NCBI GenBank assembly: GCA_001430755.1
Contig: CP013062.1
Coordinates: 570,001 to 602,000 of the forward strand
Reading direction: 5' to 3'
DNA length: 32,000 nt
Source of the DNA: Candidatus Peribacter riflensis
GTDB lineage: Bacteria; Patescibacteriota; Gracilibacteria; Peribacterales; Peribacteraceae
Shown here piece after piece: positions 1-9,600 of the stretch. The translations under genes and the position numbers were made by a program. The notes under the pieces are model-generated. The model searched no databases and was not told the DNA's origin. It saw only the letters and a list, made by a program, of their open reading frames with translations. Position 1 is the stretch's first letter. Each line of letters begins with the position of its first letter.

Positions 1-1621
1 CGAATCCGCTGATCTGCTCGTCGCGGATCGTGGTCTCGGAGGCATCGAACCGCACAGTGAGCGGGGCGGTTCCGCCGTCGGGATCCATGAGGATCGTCAC
101 GGTGGAGGCGGGCGGCAGCACTTCAACAGTGATGGGCTTGCGCAGAACACGGCCGTCGGGATCCTGCCCGATGAGCCAGAGCGTGTAGACGCCCTCGCGC
201 CGGTACACCGCCTGAACCGACTCCTTCGTCGATCCGACCGTCGTGGCTTCGGGCACCTCCCAGAAGAACTCAATGAGCGGCATGGTCGTACGAGGCTTGA
301 GATCAACGATCACCGGCACTTCGCCACTGATTACGTTGTTCTTCACCTCCGGAGACCCACTAAAGGTGAGATCGGCCAGCTGCAGCTCTTCCGTCACCCG
401 AACCACCTTCGTAATCTTGGCAACCGGACCGGCCTGCGAGCGCAGCTCCGCCGTCACCGGAAAAGCGCCGCGCTGCGTGAAGGTGTGTCCCACCCGCTCG
501 CCCCGCGCCTCGGCCCCGTCTCCGAAACTCCAGAGAACCACGCGAAGCGGCTCGTCGGTCTGCACCCGGAAAACGCCGCCGAACGGAGAAGGCCCGATGA
601 GGTGCTCCGGCTCTGCGAAGAACTCCACCGGGAACGGCAACGGGAGGGAACGGAGGACATCGATGGTCCGCTCATAGGTCTGCTGTGCCTTGGTGACGAG
701 CGTCACCTTCACCGAGACCGGTGTGGGACCCTCCGCGAAGAACGTGTGCACGACATCGAGATTTTTCGTCACCAGGTCCACCTCGCCGTTCCCGTCAAAA
801 TCCCACTCTGCCTGGTCGAGGTCTTCTTTGCGGGGAACGAGGTGCGCGATACTCAGACGTGCCGGCTCATCGAGCACCGGCTGCGCGGGTGCCACCGAGA
901 AAACTGCGTCCGAAATCACCAGACGCCGCGAGAGACGGCGCACATCTCCGCCCTTGAGCGCGATGACGGCCGAAACCGGGAACTGACCCTGACGCTCGTA
1001 GGACGCCGTCACTTCGGGATTGGTGGTCTCGGCATTCATCTTGCCGTCACCCTCAAAATCCCAAATGAACTTTTCGGGGATGAGCTGGCGCCGTGCAAGA
1101 ATCTCCACCGCGGAGCGGACACTGAACGTGATCGAGAGCGGCGCAATAAACTGCTCGGCATTCTCGGGCGTCACGACGGTGATCGTCAGGGGAGGCTCCC
1201 GGCGGATGGCGAACGGCACGGCCACGCTGGCAATGAGCCCCGGAAGAATGACGGCAATGACCTTGATCGCCGCGAGCCGGCGGCGCGGGAGGGTCACCGT
1301 CTCGGCCGAACCGATGCGCAGCAGTGCGAAGATCCCGATGCCGATCAGCACCACCGCCACAATGAGCGCCGCCATCGTGCCAGGAGGAATGAAACGGTCG
1401 TACTCCCCCGTCACATCGGGCAGCACCATAAGAAGGAATGCGGACCAGACAAGGTACGAAATGTAGGGGGTGAAGAGCAGCACGAGAAGAACCCTGCGGA
1501 GCAGGCGGCGGGAAGCCACTGCGGGATCCGCGGTCTTCGGCGCAGGCGCGCTCAGGGGAGCCGCCGCCGGAACCGGAGGAGGGGCAATGCCGTCAACGGG
1601 AGGAACGGGTGGCGTGGTCAT
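1..1621 (-). CDS. PKD-repeat membrane protein (N-terminus complete, C-terminal end runs off the window start)
   Basis: Absent from the ORF track because it has no stop inside the window. Manual minus-strand translation from ATG 1621..1619 stays open to base 1, about 540 codons (MTTPPVPPVDGIAPPPVPAAAP...). It has a Pro-rich N-terminus and three hydrophobic stretches (VLLVLLFTPYISYLVWSAFLLMVL, MAALIVAVVLIGIGIFALL, IKVIAVILPGLIASVAVPFA). These are followed by repeated units with PKD-type signatures (WDFEGDGK, WDFDGNGE, WSFGDGAEARGERVGHTF, APLTVRFDASET). The + strand ORFs 243..677 and 485..1891 are Arg/His-rich antisense shadows. Confidence 0.8.
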   Translation of the reverse strand, partial: MTTPPVPPVDGIAPPPVPAAAPLSAPAPKTADPAVASRRLLRRVLLVLLFTPYISYLVWSAFLLMVLPDVTGEYDRFIPPGTMAALIVAVVLIGIGIFALLRIGSAETVTLPRRRLAAIKVIAVILPGLIASVAVPFAIRREPPLTITVVTPENAEQFIAPLSITFSVRSAVEILARRQLIPEKFIWDFEGDGKMNAETTNPEVTASYERQGQFPVSAVIALKGGDVRRLSRRLVISDAVFSVAPAQPVLDEPARLSIAHLVPRKEDLDQAEWDFDGNGEVDLVTKNLDVVHTFFAEGPTPVSVKVTLVTKAQQTYERTIDVLRSLPLPFPVEFFAEPEHLIGPSPFGGVFRVQTDEPLRVVLWSFGDGAEARGERVGHTFTQRGAFPVTAELRSQAGPVAKITKVVRVTEELQLADLTFSGSPEVKNNVISGEVPVIVDLKPRTTMPLIEFFWEVPEATTVGSTKESVQAVYRREGVYTLWLIGQDPDGRVLRKPITVEVLPPASTVTILMDPDGGTAPLTVRFDASETTIRDEQISGF

Positions 1622-1626
1622 CGCGC

Positions 1627-2640
1627 TCACTCGGTGGGAGCAATCGCAGAGGTTCCCTCCAACAGGGAGCGTAACTGCTCAAGTTTTTCTGGAGAAAGAG
1701 TGGCCCCGGGTTCCTGCTGCACATCTGTGAGACCGAAGAATGACGCAGGGGAAAGCACCTGCGCATCAGCCGGAGGCGTGATGATGGGAGCCGTATCGAA
1801 CTCGCTGAGGTGGGCTGTGAAAGAGCCACTCAGCACCCCCTGTGCCGTCTGCAGGCTCTCGATGGTCCACAGCACGCGGCGCAGGGCGTAGGTCTCGGCG
1901 TCGATCCACATCTCCCCCGTCGCCTGCAAGTTTTCGATGGCACGGGACATGCCCTCCCGATCAATCGTCTCCTGGCGCGCTGCAGCGAGTTGCTCGATGT
2001 ACGCGAGAAGCTTCTCGGAATCCAGAACAACATCGAAGTGGCGCACAGACGCGCCATCGATCGTGGTCACGCCGCGATCTTTCACCACGCGCACCACCTG
2101 TGATTGCGCGCGCAGAATATCCGGCGAGGGCGTCAGGGTTCCGCCGGGAACCGACCCTTCGGCATCGGAAGGGGCCGCAGGAAGGACCCACCACTGATTG
2201 AGGAGCAAGGCGAGCAGCTCCGGCTGGAAGAGGGATTGGTCGGGCTCGGTCACGAGCGACCGGATGCGGAATGTCAGATCCTTACGACCGACGACAATGA
2301 TATCCCCCTCTCCCTGTACGCGGAATGTCTGGCTGCGATCGCCGCCGGGAGCGACGAGTGCATCGGCCGTGATCTCCAGCTGCAACGAATCACCTGCATC
2401 CTGCAGGACTCCTGCGAGCTCCACTGTCCCCGAGGCAGGCAGAGAGCCTCCTTCGAGGCGGAACTGGCCGTCCACGGCAAGACGCACAGACTGCAGAACA
2501 CGGCTCTTCTGCGCCGCCATGCGCAGCACTTCTTCGGCTTCAGGACCGGGAGGAAGTGCAGGCGATCCCCGCAGGAACAGGTAGAGCGGAACGCCCACCA
2601 GAATGAGGACGAACAGGAGAGAGAGGAAGAAACGTTTCAT
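1627..2640 (-). CDS. hypothetical N-terminally anchored envelope protein
   Basis: The track ORF 1627..2856 is trimmed to the internal ATG at 2640. That start gives MKRFFLSLLFVLILVGVPLYLFL, a signal or anchor helix. The upstream 72 codons look like non-coding read-through. The stop at 1627 lies 5 nt before the ATG of the PKD gene at 1621, so the two are probably co-transcribed. No family motif recognised. Confidence 0.7.
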   Translation of the reverse strand: MKRFFLSLLFVLILVGVPLYLFLRGSPALPPGPEAEEVLRMAAQKSRVLQSVRLAVDGQFRLEGGSLPASGTVELAGVLQDAGDSLQLEITADALVAPGGDRSQTFRVQGEGDIIVVGRKDLTFRIRSLVTEPDQSLFQPELLALLLNQWWVLPAAPSDAEGSVPGGTLTPSPDILRAQSQVVRVVKDRGVTTIDGASVRHFDVVLDSEKLLAYIEQLAAARQETIDREGMSRAIENLQATGEMWIDAETYALRRVLWTIESLQTAQGVLSGSFTAHLSEFDTAPIITPPADAQVLSPASFFGLTDVQQEPGATLSPEKLEQLRSLLEGTSAIAPTE

Positions 2641-2734
2641 AGCGTGAGAGTGCGGAAATTTATGACAGTATGCGCGGGGGACAAAGAGAAGACAATTCCC
2701 TGAGTGGACGATGCATGGGGAAGTATGCGCAATC

Positions 2735-3610
2735 TCACCGTCGGGTGCGCACCCGACGGGCGAAAAGATCGCTGGGTTCCTCCAATGTAAACCCGACTGT
2801 GCGGCGCGCGCTGGCACGCATATCCGCGCGCACTTCGAGCAGTATGACCTGCCCACGATTGAGCCGCAGGGGCGAGGCGAGCACGAACGGCGCGAGATCC
2901 CCCCGCAGGGACGGGAGCGAGGCGAGCACCTGCCCGCGCGACGTCTGCAGCATCAGATTCTGCAGATCCGTTCCGCGAGCCGATCCGTCATTCGTGAGCG
3001 TGATGGATTCGACGACCTGGTCGAAATCGCCCTGAGCCGTCAGGCGCAGGCGGGCGACGGAGCGATGGGCTCCGTAGCGGATGCGCGAGAGCACAGGCAG
3101 GAATTCCACAGACACGCTGCCCTGTGCGATGCCGGTGGTCGTGCGTGTCACAGTGACCGGCGCGGGAGAGAACGTGACCCGGTAACCGCCGGCATCAACG
3201 TGTGCGGGAACGTCGATGGTGAGACGGTGTTCCCCGGCCACAGCGGCATCCGCGCCAAAATCCGCAGCGACGGAAAGGGTACGCGTGCCGCATGCGGGAA
3301 CAATCCATGCGGGGTACAGAGACAACGGAACACTCCCGTCCGTCGAAGAGAGCGACCGACCGCGCGAAATTCTGCGCCCATCGCTCAGCACGTAGACAGA
3401 GGAGAAATCATCGGGATCCCCCATTCCGCCGTGCGTCACCGTGATGCCATGCACCGTGGCGTCACCGTCGCAGGGGGCAGTGAAGCGGAGCGAGAGCATC
3501 TCCACCCGCTGGGCTCCGGGAGGAACAGAGGCCGACGGCAACGCCACCACCTGCACGCGGAGCGTGAGGGGCGAGAGGAGCGTGAGCAGCAGAACAGGGA
3601 TCGTCAGCAC
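2735..3610 (-). CDS. hypothetical secreted protein
   Basis: 291-aa ORF with a GTG start at 3610 and a hydrophobic N-terminus (MLTIPVLLLTLLSPLTL). The composition is beta-rich and protein-like. It is the first gene of the minus-strand run 3610 to 1. TATAGT at 3622..3617 lies 6 nt upstream of the start. No family recognised. Confidence 0.65.
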   Translation of the reverse strand: MLTIPVLLLTLLSPLTLRVQVVALPSASVPPGAQRVEMLSLRFTAPCDGDATVHGITVTHGGMGDPDDFSSVYVLSDGRRISRGRSLSSTDGSVPLSLYPAWIVPACGTRTLSVAADFGADAAVAGEHRLTIDVPAHVDAGGYRVTFSPAPVTVTRTTTGIAQGSVSVEFLPVLSRIRYGAHRSVARLRLTAQGDFDQVVESITLTNDGSARGTDLQNLMLQTSRGQVLASLPSLRGDLAPFVLASPLRLNRGQVILLEVRADMRASARRTVGFTLEEPSDLFARRVRTRR

Positions 3611-3666
3611 CGATACACTATACAGAGATCTGCAGAAGAGCGGACCGCGGAGAGAATCACCAGAGC

Positions 3667-6600
3667 ATGAGTACGATGGCAGTGCAACTCTTCACAATTC
3701 TCTCTCATTCCACACCTGCTATAGTCCTCTGCAAGATGTTCCGCACTGCCTTCACAGAGCTCGCCCTGGGCACATTTCTGACACTCGTGCTCACCGGTAT
3801 TCTCGTGGAGCAGAACCGGATGGCTCCGCTCCCCGCGCCTATGCTCTACGGGGCGCTCACAGCCCAAACCAGCTCAGACCCGCCGTACGACCCGCCCCCC
3901 GATCTGGGCGCCTGCTGTTCCTCGTTCGACGGAACCTGCCTCTCAGATTCAACCGATGTCGGCGCGTGCGCAGGCATGGGCGGTATGTTCTATCCATGGA
4001 CGTACTGCAGCAATGCGTGTTCGAGTACCATCTCGTACCCTCCCTGTCCCCCCAGCTGCGACGACGGCGATCCCTGCACCGATGACTGGTGCGAGTTCGG
4101 TATCTGCCAGCACACCAGCATTACCGGCTGTTGCAGATCCAATGCCGAGTGCACTTCCAGCGATCCCTGCTGGGCCACCGAATGCATCGCCAATCAGTGC
4201 TTCGGCATGAACCTGTGCGAGATGGGCGCCTGCTGCCAGCCAGATGGATCCTGCGCACAGACACCGCAACTGTACTGCAGCGGCTCACATTACACATTCG
4301 CGGATTGCTCCATCTGTCCCTCCTCTTCCAGTGTCCCCAGTATGTGCGTGCCGCCGGACTGTGATGACGACGACCCCTGCACCAGCGATGCCTGCATTCC
4401 CGCCGCCGAGGGAGGAGAGATGTGCGACCACATCCCCACCTCCTGCCCCTCCTCCTATTCTTCATCCTCTTCAAGACCCTCACTCGGCTCTTCATCTTCT
4501 ACATCTTCAAGCTCCTCATACCCCTCCTCTTCGCGGTCCTCCTCTTCCTCACAACCCCCCCCTTCCTCACAACCCTCTTCCTCGCGATCCTCCTCTTTCT
4601 CCGGCCCCCCGCCGCCACCGAGCTCCAGCGCCGGCAGCACGCCCTCCTCGCAGCGCAGCACAACCAGCAACGCTTCCAGCAGCTCTGCCACCAATCTGTG
4701 CGAATGGTGCAAGCAGACATTTGGGGAAGATACGGGGTCCCTGTCGTGCTGCGAGGCATCGTGCAACGGATGCCCTCCGGGTACGACGATCGGCGATCCG
4801 CGCGAGAGCGGCTGCGAAACCGACGGCAGCGGCTGCGGCTGCCCCACCTGCAGCGCGACCCCCTCGTCTTCGTCCGCCCCCTCTGCCCCCTCTTCCTCCA
4901 GCACCCCGCCGCCGCCGAGCAGCTCCTCTGTGCATAGCAGCTCTTCCTCCTCTTCCGAGGGACCGGTCTCGTGCTGCTTCGGATCAACGTGCATGGATGA
5001 CGTCTATCCGTTCATCTGCTCGCTCTTCGGCTCTCCGGCGGAAGACCCTGTCTTCGGGCCGGGCAATGACATCTGCGGTGTCGCGACGTGCGGAGGGGGG
5101 GGATCCAGTTCGTCTTCCCCCTCCTCATTCCGTTCTTCTTCCAGCTCATCATCCGAACCGCCCCCTCCGCCTTCCTCATCGTCCTCTTCTTCTTCCTCCT
5201 CCGTCGTTCCCCCGCCTTCATCCTCTTCGAGCACGTCACAAGGCTGCACGGACGCAGAAAAACGGTCGTGCTGTAACACCATCGGCATCCTGCACTGGTG
5301 CAATGACAACGTCTGTCCCGAGGACTGCCGCAAGAAAGGCGTCGAGCCCTACCCCAGCAACGGCGTGTGCGGGGCGAACGGATTCCCGCAGGCCATGCTG
5401 CAGCGGTTCTTCGCTCAGCTCTTGAGCCTCTCTCCCTCCAGCTGCCCCGTGCCCAATTACGCCTGCTGCGGCAAAGATAACCCGACGGAGTGTGTGGTCG
5501 TTACGGCCCAGAGTCAGTGTGAGGGCGGATCGGGAACACCGGTTTCCGCGGGAACAGTCGCCTGCACCGCCGAGCAGTCTGCGGCGTGCGGCACTCCCAG
5601 CTGCGACTTGGGCTGCTGGGGGGGGACTGAATCGGAAATGGCCGCCTCCTGCTACCCCGACCACAACGAAATCAAAGACGCCACCCCCTCTCAGCCGAAT
5701 TACAAGTGCTGCTGCCCGAAGAAACAGAACTGCTGCCGCATGCTTTCCACGCCCACCGGCGGCACCCCTCCCTACGGGCGTTCCTACACCTGCACGCGTG
5801 AGGGGCCCACACAGTGCGCCATGCTCGATGACATCGGGGGCACGATCTACCATCCGGGAACAATCATTTCCGAAGACTGCAACAGTAAGTGCAAAGCCCC
5901 GGATCCTCCGGGGTGGTGCTGCACGCCAGACGGCCCCAAGAAGATGAAGAAGGAGGATTGCAAAGCAGAATTCTCGACTGCGGCGACGGCGCCCGACGAT
6001 TTCTGCCCCCGCGCCTGTTGTCACGGCTCGATCCCAGACGGATGCGCCGTGCGCTCGTGGAAGTACTGCGATACGCTCGACGGCGACTTCAAGTTCGGTG
6101 CAACCGCCTGCGGACCGGAGACGTGCAAAGACAAGAATGAAGTAGCCTGCTGCCCCCTTGAGTCAGGCAGTGGCGGGGCATGGAAGTGCCAGACATTCCC
6201 CAAAAATGAAGAGGAGAGCAAGTGTCAGACTGGAACGTCTTTCGGTGACATCTGTCCCCAGGAGAATCCCGCATCTCCCCTCTGCGGCCCGCCCCCCGAG
6301 CGCCTCGTGGCCTGCTGCAGTACCGAAGGAACCTGCTGGCAGATGTATCTAAAGGAAGGCGACAGCTGCGAAACCAAGAATGGGGTCAATACGTACCACC
6401 CCGATCCTTTCGATCCCCCGAGCGACTGCAAGGCCGGCCCAGCGGGACAGCCGGGGATCAATTGCGTGCCAGGGACCCCGCCCAAGGGCGCCTGCTGTTT
6501 CAGCAACAAGCCCTGCGCGCAGCTGACATCGAAGGAATGCGGGGATGGAGGCGGGGCGTACAAGGGAGCGGGTGCTTCGTGCTCCCCCGACCCCTGCGGC

Positions 6601-9600
6601 AACACCGTGGCTTGCTGCACGCGACCGGACGAGGGCACCGCTTGGTCCTGCACGCCAAAACTAGAATCACAGTGCAAAGATGGCACGAATACGCGCAATC
6701 TCGGCAAAGCGGCGCAGTGCCCGGCAGACTGGGAGCAGCAATGTGCAGTCGAAAAAATCGCCTGCTGTCTGAAGAGTCCATCAGGCGGAAAGTCCTGCGG
6801 CACGGTGAAGAAATCGGAGGCTGATTCACTCTGCGCGTCGACATTCGCCGAGGGTGCGTCGCCGAGCTGCAGCGCCGAGCAGGAGGCCACCTGCGCACCC
6901 ATCGCCTGCTGCCCCAAGGAAGGCTGTCGTATCGAAAGTTGTACAGCAATGACGGCGTTGCAGTGCGGCGCAGAGGGGTGTGAGGCGAAAGGCGCCGGCT
7001 CCACCTGCACGCCAGACCCCTGTGCTCCTCCCAAGGCCTGCTGCGGCTCGGACAGGCAGAATCCTAGTTGCACCGCACGCTCTGCCTGCGGTGAGGGTGA
7101 AACGGAAATTGAGGGCAAATGCCCGGCGGCGGGCAGTGATGAAATGCGTGAAAAGTGCAGTATGGTCGCCTGCTGTCAGGAGAAGGACGGCGAGCTGACC
7201 GGTGTCTGCGCCCTCGGAGAATCCTGCAACAGCAATAACGAACGGCCGGCAGTCTCGTCGGACGGCAAGCCCGTCACCTCCTGCTCGCCCAATCCGTGCG
7301 AAACGCCCCCAAAGAAAGTTGCCTGCTGCCCCAAGGGCAGCGAGACGTGTGCGATGGATCAGTCGCGTGAAGACTGTGACGCAACCCAGACCATCAGCGA
7401 TAACAATTCGTGTGACGGCATCACCTGTGTGAAGCAGTCCGCCTGCTGCAAAGAAGAAGCCGACGGCTCGTTCAGCTGCCCCGCCAAGCCCGCAGAAGGG
7501 AGCTGCCCCGCAGGAACGAAACCGATGGACATGGCGGAGTGCAAAGAGAAGGGCTGTCCGGAACCCAAGTTCGCCTGCTGCCTCCTCGTCGAAGGCAGCG
7601 CAGATGTCTACACATGCACCACGAATTTCACACGTGATGAGTGCATAGCAAAAAGGGGGTTAACCAAGCCCAACTACTGCCCATCGGGATTGGCTGAAGT
7701 AAAAAAGTACTGCGGCGGTGATTCGGTCGTGTGCTGCGACAAGAACGGCGCCTGCATCGAAGACCCCAGCGATCCGTCGACGGAGTGTCTTGAGGGAACG
7801 ATAGAATCAAGCAATGATCGATGCTCAGAAGAGAAAAAGGCCGAATGCAAGAAAAAGGGCGGCTCCTGTTGCAAGCTGGACGCTGCCAAGAAACCGACCT
7901 GCAGAGAGAAGCCGGCAGCCGGGTGCAGTGCCGATGAGCGGTCCTACGAACTCGACGTTGCAGGCTGCCAGACGGAGTGTAAGGGGCAGGTCAGCTGCTG
8001 CGGCGGTGATTGGGAGAAGGCAACCTGCGAGACGAGAGAAGCGGTGAAGTGCAAGGAGGACGAACGCGAGGTGAATGTGGACAAGTGTCCCGAGGATCAG
8101 GAAGCAATTGAAAAGCTGTGCTCCGGGAACATTGGCTGTTGTTTCCCTCCCCCAGCCCCCCAGTACCCGTGGACCTGCGAGTCTAGCGTCTATACCAAAA
8201 CGGAGTGCGAACGGTACAAGGGGACGCCGGTGAACTACTGCCCCTCGAGCGTGGAGGATATCCAGAAGGTCTGCAACGGAAAGAAGGGTTCCGTCATCTG
8301 CTGCGGCGGCGAAGACGGCAAGGAGTGCCTGCTCAACCCTGCGGATCCGGATAGTGAGTGTACAGCGGGATCCATCGAACATGATGACAGAAACCTGAAC
8401 GTGTGCCCGGCCTCGAAGAAGAGTGCCTGCGCAAAAGAGAAGGTCAACTGCTGCTCCGTAGACGAAAACTTTCTACTCACAGGGGAGTGTCAATCCAACG
8501 TGCCGGCGCAAGATTGTCCGTCTGACCGGCGGGTCAACCAGTGCAGCAAGACTGCCTGTCAGAAGCGCGTAGCCTGCTGCGTTAAAGACGCCCCGGGCTG
8601 TGTCGAGAATATCCCGGCAAATCAGTCGTCGTACTTCTGCCAGGCAGGCAAAATCTCAGAGCAGAACAATTGCAACGAATTCGTGATGAGAGATAGAGGG
8701 AGAACAACGAATCTCTGCGAGCAGGGGCCATGGTCATGCTGCACGCAGCCCGGGCGCTCGCTGGCCTGCGTCGATCTGCAGAACGTTGGGCAAGTCACCG
8801 AATGCAGCAAGCAAGGCTTCGTTCCCATCATCGGCGCCACCTGTAAAGACAATCCGAATCCCTGTCAGATTCTTATGAAAAAGCGGCACGCCTGCTGCTC
8901 GCCCAAGACGGGTCCGGATGGCCGACCGTGGATGGCCTGCGAGGAGCAGGATAACGGCACCCCCGTGGTCATGACTCCGTCCACCCTCCTTGCAGAGACC
9001 ACCACAGGTGACGATGGAGGCAGTGGCGAGAGTTGTTACCTCGATCTGCCCAGCTGCGTCGCCAGCTGCCCGGTCGGTCCGATCGAAGAGCCATCGTCAT
9101 CGGATGGCAACAATGAAAGCTCTGCCGGAGGTGGTGGCATACCGGGTGGGGGTGGGGGCGGAGGTGGAGGTGGCAGCGCTGGCGGTGGAACCAGTGGAGG
9201 TGGAGCCAGCCATCCCTCGGGTGGCGACGAGAGTTCCGCCGGAGGCGGCGGAGGGAGTGACGGCAGCTCCGGGAGCGGTGGTGGCGGTGGTGGCAGCAGT
9301 GCCGGAGGAGGCACGCCGGGTGGGGGTGGAGGAGGTGGCGGTGGAACGACGAGTGACTCGGGCTCCTCGGGTTCGCAGGGCTCGGTTCCAGCGTCTTCGG
9401 CGGGCGGCGGAGCCAGCCATCCCTCGGGTGGCGACGAGAGTTCCGCCGGAGGCGGCGGAGGGAGTGATGGAAGCTCTGGAAGTGGAGGCGGGGGTGGAGG
9501 TGGTGGCAGCGCCGGTGGTGGAGGCGGTAGCGCCGGAGGCAGTGATGGAAGCTCTGGAAGTGATGGGGGTGGCAGCAGTGGCGGAGGAGGCGGCAGTGAA

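Noticed and set aside
485-1891. 468-aa + strand ORF (with 243..677, 690..986 and 1020..1466)
   Set aside because: It is antisense to the PKD-repeat gene, which has clear domain motifs and TM helices. Its own translation is Arg/His/Glu-rich with no motif, typical of shadow ORFs in GC-rich DNA. It would also run across the 1621/1627 gene junction.
2711-3670. 319-aa + strand ORF
   Set aside because: It is antisense to the signal-peptide-bearing ORF 2735..3610. It is Arg-rich and low in complexity, and it would overlap the start of the giant gene.
4244-5425. 393-aa + strand ORF and several minus-strand ORFs (4455..4994, 4499..4987, 4567..4935, 5236..6024, 6225..7118, 7825..8382) inside the giant gene
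   Set aside because: They are alternative-frame or antisense readings of the Ser/Pro linkers and Cys modules. Their products are Pro/Arg/Ala homopolymer-like. The 6.7-kb frame with periodic Cys architecture is the only one with coherent structure.
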